From Candidatus Altimarinota bacterium (GTDB lineage: Bacteria; Patescibacteriota; Gracilibacteria; CAIRYL01; GCA-016699755), in contig OY760935.1 of assembly GCA_963664295.1 (NCBI GenBank), positions 128,001 through 192,000 of the forward strand: a stretch of 64,000 bases of DNA, in the 5' to 3' direction. Below are positions 57,027 through 64,000 of this stretch, in pieces. Within the stretch, counting starts at the first letter, position 1; the number at the start of each line of letters is the position of its first letter. The position numbers were made by a program, and so were the translations under genes. The notes beneath the pieces are model-generated. The model was not told the DNA's origin. It was given only the letters and a program-made list of their open reading frames with translations, and searched no databases.

Positions 57027-58163
57027 CTAAATATTCTTCACAGCTTCTGCAACCTTAGTGCCAACATTTTTGTCAAATAAAGGTGGCATAATATTTTCAG
57101 CTTGCGGATTAGAAACCATATCAGCAAGTGCCTCAGCCACAGCAATAAACATTTCGTTTGTAAATTTTTCTGCGCCAAGATCTAAAATCCCTCGAAAAAG
57201 CCCAGGAAAACAAAGCGCATTATTAACCTGATTAGGAAAATCGCTCCTACCAGTAGCAACAACCAAAGCTCCACCTTTTTTTGCTTCATCAGGCATAATC
57301 TCTGGAACAGGATTTGCCATAGCAAAAACAATCGCATTCTCAGCCATTTTGGCAATGTCTTCAGCTTTTAATAAGTCGGGAGCAGAAACGCCAATAAAAA
57401 TATCAGCACCCACTAAAGCTTCCTGTAAAGATCCTTTTTCATTATTTAAATTATATTTAGCCATTTTTTCTTTGGCACTATTAAGATTTTCTCGTCCTTC
57501 ATAAATAGCTCCTCGAGAGTCACACATCACAAGATGTTTAGCGCCAGCACAAATTAATAATTTTGCAGTCGCAATACCGCCAGCGCCAGCGCCAGAAAAC
57601 ACAATTTTAGTCTCAGAAAGATTTTTATTAGCTACTTTGAGAGCATTTTTAATGCCAGCAAGAGTGACAATGGCAGTACCATGCTGATCATCATGAAAAA
57701 CAGGTATTTTTAATTCTTCTTTTAATCTTTTTTCAATCTCAAAACAACGAGGAGCAGAAATATCTTCCAGATTTATGCCACCAAAACAAGGTTCAATTAA
57801 TTTGCTAAAACGAATTATTTCTTCAGTGTCTTTGGTATCAAGACAAATAGGCACTGCATTAACATCGCCAAATTCTTTAAAAATTGCTGATTTTCCCTCC
57901 ATAACAGGTAAGGACGCCTTTGGCCCAATGTCACCAAGTCCCAAAACAGCACTACCATCAGTAATAATTGCAATAGTGTTTTTGCGCCATGTTAATTCAT
58001 TAACTTTTTTTGGATCTTTAGCAATTTCTTGGCAACAAGCTGCCACACCAGGAGTATAAAAAACTGAAAGGGCTTTTTTTGTATCAAGTGGTGCTTTTGA
58101 TTTTATATCAATTGCTCCTCCTAGTCTTTTGTGTTCCTTAATTGATTCTTCGTTAAAATCCAT
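57027..58163 (-). CDS. NAD(P)-dependent malic enzyme
   Basis: YTPGVA, TDGSAVLGLG, INLEDI, FHDDQHGTA, ATGRSDFPNQVNN. Confidence 0.94.
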   Translation of the reverse strand: MDFNEESIKEHKRLGGAIDIKSKAPLDTKKALSVFYTPGVAACCQEIAKDPKKVNELTWRKNTIAIITDGSAVLGLGDIGPKASLPVMEGKSAIFKEFGDVNAVPICLDTKDTEEIIRFSKLIEPCFGGINLEDISAPRCFEIEKRLKEELKIPVFHDDQHGTAIVTLAGIKNALKVANKNLSETKIVFSGAGAGGIATAKLLICAGAKHLVMCDSRGAIYEGRENLNSAKEKMAKYNLNNEKGSLQEALVGADIFIGVSAPDLLKAEDIAKMAENAIVFAMANPVPEIMPDEAKKGGALVVATGRSDFPNQVNNALCFPGLFRGILDLGAEKFTNEMFIAVAEALADMVSNPQAENIMPPLFDKNVGTKVAEAVKNI

Positions 58164-58168
58164 AATTA

Positions 58169-59107
58169 TTATTTATTTTTTTCAATAAAAAATCTTACTT
58201 GCTCCATAATGCCATCAGCATCAAGACCATATTTCATATAAAGATCTTCGGGAGTACCACTTTCGCCAAAGGTTTTCATTCCAAGTCGTAAAAGCTTAGT
58301 TCCAATTCCATTGTCAGCAATAATTTCCGAAACAGCACTGCCTAGGCCACCAGTTACACTGTGATCTTCAACACTAATGGCAAATTTATTATTGCTTAAT
58401 ATTTTTTTGATACCTTTTTCGTCAACAGGATTAAGCGCAGATACATTCACAACAGTTGGTTTAATGCCCATTGCTTCTAGTTTGCCAGCTCCAGCCAAAG
58501 CGCGATGCACTACAGCTCCAGTTGCAAAAATCACCACTTCTTTTCCGTCTCGCAAAATATTCACTTTGCCAATATCAAATTTTGTTTTTTCCTCAAAAAT
58601 AACTGGCACTTTTTGCCTGCCAAGTCGTAAATAGCAAGGTCCATGTTCTTTTTTAAGAATATGTTGAACAATAGCTCTTGTTTCCACGCTATCAGCAGGG
58701 GAGTATATTTTTATATTTGGAATTGAACGCAAAATAGCCACATCTTCAAGAGCTTGATGAGTTTCACCATCTTCACCAGTTAATATGCCAGCATGAGAGC
58801 CAACAATAACCACAGGTAAGTTTGATGTGCAAACAGTATTGCGAATTTGTTCCCACCCACGACCAGTGACAAAAATAGCAAAACTACAAACAAAAGGTTT
58901 TTTTTCGGCTATTGCTAAGCCAGCACCTGTGCCAATTAAGTCTTGCTCAGAAATACCTACATTAAAAGCACGATTAGGATATTTTTTGGCAAATTCTTTT
59001 GTTTTTGTGCTACCTGCAAGATCGGCATCAACAGTTACCATTTCCGGAAACTGATCAGCAAATTCTACTATTGCCTTGCCAAATGCACTTCTTGTTGCTT
59101 CTTCCAT
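58169..59107 (-). CDS. transketolase C-terminal (pyrimidine-binding) subunit
   Basis: DADLAGST, GISEQ, GEDGETHQ, VEDHS..GGLG, FGESG. Confidence 0.9.
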   Translation of the reverse strand: MEEATRSAFGKAIVEFADQFPEMVTVDADLAGSTKTKEFAKKYPNRAFNVGISEQDLIGTGAGLAIAEKKPFVCSFAIFVTGRGWEQIRNTVCTSNLPVVIVGSHAGILTGEDGETHQALEDVAILRSIPNIKIYSPADSVETRAIVQHILKKEHGPCYLRLGRQKVPVIFEEKTKFDIGKVNILRDGKEVVIFATGAVVHRALAGAGKLEAMGIKPTVVNVSALNPVDEKGIKKILSNNKFAISVEDHSVTGGLGSAVSEIIADNGIGTKLLRLGMKTFGESGTPEDLYMKYGLDADGIMEQVRFFIEKNK

Positions 59108-59232
59108 GAATAAATTTAAATGCTTTGTTATTTTTGCACGAAGACATTAAAAATCCAAATCAATCTTAGTGCTAATTAAATTTATTTTTGCCTTTCGCAA
59201 TTCAAAAAGAAACTCACGACAACCTTTACTAC

Positions 59233-59587
59233 CGTTGTTTCGAGGAGTCCACTTAGGTGGACAACGAAGTAATCTCTTTTTTTTATCCTGCCCTCTTTTT
59301 TCTTGCCATGTCCTCTTACTCTGTCATCCTGAGCCCCCTTACTTCGTCATCCTAAGTGAGCGTAGCGAAGCGAAGGATCTCCCGTAGCCATTACTGCTGA
59401 ATTACCTAAGGCAGTATTTGAGCGAATGGACAAGGAGATTGCGGTTCGTAGCCCGCAATGACAAGATAGATTTTGAGTAAATGGATAAGGAGATTCTTCG
59501 CTCCATTTCATTCCGCTCAGAATGACAGCAGGGGTGTGTTTTCCGCTCAGAATGACAAAAAAAGAGGCAGGCTTGCTCGGAATGACA
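59233..59587. repeat. second cluster of TGTCAT/ATGACA REP-like palindromic elements
   Basis: GTCATCCT(G/A)AG left ends, four ATGACA right ends; GATCTCCCGTAG...AGAATGACAGCA core shared with 15411-15516. Confidence 0.85.
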
Positions 59588-59655
59588 GAAGAGGGAATAT
59601 TTAGGACAGGCTTTAAGTATTAGCACTTAAAAATATTAATTGTTTTTGGTTTTTT

Positions 59656-62600
59656 CTACTCACCCCAGCAGAGATCAAAATAAGGACACCTAGAATTATC
59701 GTCACCAATTTTTTCACAAATTTCAGATTTTTTATTCTCCTTTAGCTTGGAGAAGTCCAAATTTTGAATTTTTTCCCAAGTTCTAATAATTTCTTTTTTA
59801 TGTTGCTCAATTTCTTCTGCATTTGGCATAAATTTTCGCTCAACATAACCATTTTGTGGTTTCAAAAAATGTAATTCATAACTTTGAATATTATATTTTT
59901 TTGAAAAACTTTCCGAATTTTTAGCAAGTACGCCAAAAAATAAAAGTTGGCGATAATAATTGCCTTTTTTTAATTCATTTTTTTGTGTTGTGCCTTTGAT
60001 TTCACCTTCACTTTTTGGGGTACCGCTTTTGTAGTCAATAATTTTAACTGTTTTTGCTTGTGGGTCAATAAACTCAATTTTGTCTATTTTTCCAGTTAAA
60101 TGAGCTACGCCAACAAGCACATTATCTTTGCGAAAATTATATTCTGTGTCTGCTGGTTTACCAAAAGTACCCTTTTTTTCTGCAAAATAATCTTCTAAAA
60201 TTCTTTCACCCTCTTTTAAAGCCAATTCTTTATCATTTTTATCTGCCTTTTCTTTGTATATTGAGTTTTTTAAAGCTTGAATTGCTATTTCCACTTTTGG
60301 CTCTTTTTTTTGATTTATCATTTCTTGAAAATAAACCTCCAATCCTTTATGTACAGCGGTTCCAAGTAGCAAAAGATAAGGTTTTTTGCGAGGCAAAGCT
60401 AAAACATGTTCATAAAGACATTTTCTTGGGCAGACCTGATAATCTTCATAAACAGTATGAGAAAGTTTAAATTTTCCAGGACTTAACTTTTCTTTAATAA
60501 TTTCCAAACTTTCTTTGTGTAGATTTTTTTCCTGATATTCAAGTTTTATTTTTGCTTTTTTTTCAAAATTATCGCCCTTTTTTTCAATAATAATTTTTTC
60601 AATTAAATCAGGTGCATTTTCTTCCAATTCAGCAACAAATTTACTTTTATTTTTTTCTTTACCGTCAATATTTTGCTTAAAATAAGAAATAAACAGCATT
60701 TCTTCTGCCCTAGTCATAGCAACATAAAACAACCTGCGCTCTTCCTCTTCGCTATTACTATTTTCTTGAGATTTTAATTTGATTAGCAGGTTAATGCTTC
60801 TGTCATTTTTTTTGCCCCAATTATTTTGAATAGCAGAAGGAATAAAAACCACAGGATATTCCAGGCCTTTTGCTTTGTGTCCAGTAATTATTCTCACTGC
60901 TTCTTTTTCTGTATAAAATTCTCGTTTATTTAAAGAAATATCAAACTCTTCCCTTAATTTAAGAATATTAAGAAATTCTTTGATATCTAAGTCAGGGTCA
61001 TTAAAATACAATCTTTCTGCTTCCGACAAAATAGTACTGAGATTGTTTAAGTCCTGCACTTTTAATTTATCTTCTTTAATTAAATAATTTAATAACTCAC
61101 TTTCTGTGAAAATTTTTCGCAAAAAATCAGGAAAATTCATGTTATGTAAATCTTTTTGCCATTTTAATAAATTATTTGAGAATTTTTTGATCAAAAAATC
61201 ACTTTCTGTCTCAGATAAATGCTCAAAATAAGATTTTTTTTCTTTTTCTTTAAAAATTTTCCAAATTTCTTTTTCAGGTATTTTTAAGAAATTAAAATGA
61301 ACAACCTTAAAAAACAATTCATCACTCAAAGGCTCTTCAATAAGTTTAAGCAAGGTTAAAAACTGGCGAACAATACTTGAATCAAGCGCATTTGATTTGC
61401 TCTCAAAAACCGCAGGAATATTATTTTTTTCTAAATATTTAAGCCATTCTGATCCTTCAATATTTTTTCTAACAATAATTGCCATTTCAGAAAACTTTTT
61501 TCCTTCCATGTTTAATTTTTGGATCCAATTTGCTATTTCTGTTTTTTCTTCTTCCTCGTTTTCAAGCTCAAGAATTTTATTTTTAAAATTATTTTTTCCT
61601 TTATGTGAAGCAAGATTAGACCAAAACAAATCAAGATTTTCCTGATTTTGCATTCTTTCTGTGTTTTTTTGAATTAACGCTTGTCCGCCATTAACAACTT
61701 CTTCGCTTGATCGATAGTTTGTGCTTAATTGAAGCACATTTCCATCAGGAAAATATTCCTTAAATCGCAAAATATTTTCCATTGAAGCTCCCTGAAAGCG
61801 ATAAATAGATTGATCCGCATCACCAACAGCAAAAATATTAGGCTTTTCGTCTTCACTTATTGTTTTAATTATTTCTAATTGACTATTGTTTGTGTCCTGA
61901 AATTCATCAATAAGAATAAATTGATACTCCTCGCGCAAGTTATAAAGCAAATCTTCGTCTTTTTTTAATTGCTCCAACACAAATAAAATCATGTCATCAT
62001 AATCATACAAACCTTTTTGCTTAATTTCTTCTTCATATTTTTCATACAAAATCACAATATCCTCACACCTTTTAATCTTTTTTTCTTGTGATGAATATTT
62101 ACCCTTCATTTTGCCTGTTTTTGGGTTGTATTTTTCCTCATTAGGAATATTTTTAAATTCCTCAACTTCTGCTTCAATAAGTTTTTTATAATCCCTTGGG
62201 CTATATCCTTCTCTTTTTAAGGTGGATATAGCTGATCTTATTTGCTTAAGTGCTCCATTGAAATTCGTAAATGTTCTAAGTATTCCTAATTTTTCTCTTA
62301 AAAGAATGTTTTTTATGAGTTGCACATGCGCTAAATCATCAATTGCCTCTAGTTTATTAGTGTTAATAAATTTTTCTGGATATTGCTGAATAATATCATT
62401 TGCAAAGGCATGAAAAGTTTTAATATTCACATCATAAGCAACAGCGCCAATAATCTCTGCAAGCCTTTCCTGCATTTCTGCTGTTGCATTTTCTGTAAAA
62501 GTAAGTGCAAGAATATTTTTTGCAGGATAGTCAGTTTTATGAAGAATATTTGCAATACGCATGGTGAGCACCCTAGTTTTTCCTGCACCTGGTCCGGCAA

Positions 62601-62688
62601 TTAACAAAACAGGTCCGTAGATAGCATCTACGGCCTGTTTTTGTTCTTCCGAAAGTATTATTAGTTCTTGTTCAAAATCTTTTTTCAC
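59656..62688 (-). CDS. UvrD/PcrA-type SF1 helicase fused to a PD-(D/E)XK nuclease
   Basis: AGPGAGKT, DEFQDTN, VGDADQSIY, KAKGLE, EERRLFYVAMTRA; GKIDKI...IIDYK; Cys at both ends of the nuclease domain. Confidence 0.92.
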   Translation of the reverse strand: MKKDFEQELIILSEEQKQAVDAIYGPVLLIAGPGAGKTRVLTMRIANILHKTDYPAKNILALTFTENATAEMQERLAEIIGAVAYDVNIKTFHAFANDIIQQYPEKFINTNKLEAIDDLAHVQLIKNILLREKLGILRTFTNFNGALKQIRSAISTLKREGYSPRDYKKLIEAEVEEFKNIPNEEKYNPKTGKMKGKYSSQEKKIKRCEDIVILYEKYEEEIKQKGLYDYDDMILFVLEQLKKDEDLLYNLREEYQFILIDEFQDTNNSQLEIIKTISEDEKPNIFAVGDADQSIYRFQGASMENILRFKEYFPDGNVLQLSTNYRSSEEVVNGGQALIQKNTERMQNQENLDLFWSNLASHKGKNNFKNKILELENEEEEKTEIANWIQKLNMEGKKFSEMAIIVRKNIEGSEWLKYLEKNNIPAVFESKSNALDSSIVRQFLTLLKLIEEPLSDELFFKVVHFNFLKIPEKEIWKIFKEKEKKSYFEHLSETESDFLIKKFSNNLLKWQKDLHNMNFPDFLRKIFTESELLNYLIKEDKLKVQDLNNLSTILSEAERLYFNDPDLDIKEFLNILKLREEFDISLNKREFYTEKEAVRIITGHKAKGLEYPVVFIPSAIQNNWGKKNDRSINLLIKLKSQENSNSEEEERRLFYVAMTRAEEMLFISYFKQNIDGKEKNKSKFVAELEENAPDLIEKIIIEKKGDNFEKKAKIKLEYQEKNLHKESLEIIKEKLSPGKFKLSHTVYEDYQVCPRKCLYEHVLALPRKKPYLLLLGTAVHKGLEVYFQEMINQKKEPKVEIAIQALKNSIYKEKADKNDKELALKEGERILEDYFAEKKGTFGKPADTEYNFRKDNVLVGVAHLTGKIDKIEFIDPQAKTVKIIDYKSGTPKSEGEIKGTTQKNELKKGNYYRQLLFFGVLAKNSESFSKKYNIQSYELHFLKPQNGYVERKFMPNAEEIEQHKKEIIRTWEKIQNLDFSKLKENKKSEICEKIGDDNSRCPYFDLCWGE

Positions 62689-63998
62689 GCAAGCATTTTA
62701 CCAATAATTCTTTTTGTCGCATACTTAATTTTAGTGGCCATTTTAATACCTCCATTAGCAATGATTTGATCTAGATAATCTTGATCTTGTGCTTCTACAA
62801 TAGAAAGAGAATCAAGTAAGTCTAAATTAATAACCACTCCATTTTTATGTAAATAAATAAGTGCATCAACATAATCTGCATTCCCGCTTTTTTCTAGAGT
62901 TAAGCCAAATAAAAGTTCATCATAAACTTTAATTCCATTTTGTTGTAGCCTAATAAGCGCGTTAATATGATCTGTGCTTACTGCTTCTTCCAATGTTAAA
63001 CATCTAACAAAGCTACCATTAACCTTAACTCCATTTTGATGCAGTGCAATTAATGCATTTACATAAGTTTCACTCAAGGCTTTATTTTCAGGTAAGCTTG
63101 CTATAAAAATACTGTCAACATTAACTCCATTTTCTTGTAGCTGAAATAGTGTATTTATATAAGCTTCATTTGTTCCTTCTGATAAAGTTAAATTTTTTAT
63201 AATATAGCCACTAACTTGAATTCCATTTTCCTGTAATTCAATAAGAGTGCTTATGTAGTCTGAATTTAAACTTTTTTCAAGAGATAGATGCTTTATTAAA
63301 TCATCGTCAATCTGAATTCCATTCTCCTGTAATCCAGTAAGAGTGTTCATATATTCTGGATTTAAAACTTTTTCAAGAGATAGATAATACACTAAAGGGC
63401 GATCAATTTTAGCTCCATTTTCCTGTAATTCAATAAGAGCATCTACATATTCTGGACTTAAAACTTTTTCAAGGGTCAAAAATTCCATTATCATGTGGTC
63501 AATAGTAATTCCGTTTTGAAGCAATCTTACAAGAGCATCGGTGTAGTCACTATTTTCGACATCTCCCTTAAAGAGATAAATCATAAGACGTAAATTATTA
63601 AGATCCATTCCATTTTGCTGTAATTTAATTAAATTATTAACACAGGCTTCGCTTTCACCTTTTTCTAGGTCTAAAAATGATATAAAGCTTTCATTAATAT
63701 TAATTCCATTTTGCTGTAATTTAATTAGTCCGTTTACATATGCTTCGCTTGCGCCTTTTTCTAGTGTTAATTGACGCACAATGTCATCAAAGTCATCTTG
63801 AATACCGTTTTTGTGTAATTTAATTAAATTATTCACATAGACTTCATTTTCACCTTTTTTTAAATTCAAATCCGTCAACACATTATCTATACCATTTTCC
63901 ATAAGTTTTAGTAGATTTTTTGTGTAAACAGAGCTTTTAAACTCATTGCTCCCGTTAGCATAAAAATTTTCTGGGTTCGGTTCTCCTCCGGCATGTAC
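62685..63998 (-). CDS. 32-aa tandem helical-repeat protein (start lies beyond the window)
   Basis: about 12-13 repeats LTLEK..S..YVN.LI.LQ.NG; frame stays open from ATG 63902 to the window edge and encodes one more repeat (SSVYTKNLLKLMENG). Confidence 0.85.
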   Translation of the reverse strand, partial: VHAGGEPNPENFYANGSNEFKSSVYTKNLLKLMENGIDNVLTDLNLKKGENEVYVNNLIKLHKNGIQDDFDDIVRQLTLEKGASEAYVNGLIKLQQNGININESFISFLDLEKGESEACVNNLIKLQQNGMDLNNLRLMIYLFKGDVENSDYTDALVRLLQNGITIDHMIMEFLTLEKVLSPEYVDALIELQENGAKIDRPLVYYLSLEKVLNPEYMNTLTGLQENGIQIDDDLIKHLSLEKSLNSDYISTLIELQENGIQVSGYIIKNLTLSEGTNEAYINTLFQLQENGVNVDSIFIASLPENKALSETYVNALIALHQNGVKVNGSFVRCLTLEEAVSTDHINALIRLQQNGIKVYDELLFGLTLEKSGNADYVDALIYLHKNGVVINLDLLDSLSIVEAQDQDYLDQIIANGGIKMATKIKYATKRIIGKMLA

Positions 63999-64000
63999 CC

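Noticed and set aside
63903-64000. GC-rich end of the window as an ncRNA
   Set aside because: It is an open in-frame continuation of the repeat-protein gene
1-64000. Alternative genetic code 25 (TGA=Gly)
   Set aside because: Conserved genes are full length under code 11 and several end in TGA overlapping the next ATG

Overview
This low-GC window looks like a Patescibacteria (CPR) chromosome, probably Peregrinibacteria-like (inference). TGA behaves as a stop codon (several ATGA stop/start overlaps), so it is not a code-25 Gracilibacteria/Absconditabacteria genome. Housekeeping genes (truB, murE, dgt, nnrD, gltX, recJ, rsmH, tsaC, ftsE, aspS, rlmN, UvrD-like helicase-nuclease) are mixed with fermentative genes (PFL activase, ADP-forming acetate-CoA ligase, group A [FeFe]-hydrogenase with a minimal NuoF-like partner, FBPase, malic enzyme, transketolase subunit), competence/pilus genes and many orphan ORFs. 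The strongest candidates for undescribed biology are: (1) tRNA-Lys(CTT) trailed by four more copies of its 3' end separated by hairpin-rich spacers, three carrying a 49-nt insert exactly in the T-loop; (2) a 10-kb cluster of secreted modular fibre-like proteins sharing an 'LQFG..L.WD' module next to an SLH protein; (3) a 32-aa helical-repeat protein translationally coupled to a helicase-nuclease; (4) a three-gene membrane protein/NuoF/[FeFe]-hydrogenase operon with no HydC or maturases nearby; (5) a GC-rich gene bracketed by an 18-bp direct repeat containing a -35 box; (6) two nested TGTCAT...ATGACA palindromic repeat clusters. All calls come from motif reading only; no database searches were run.
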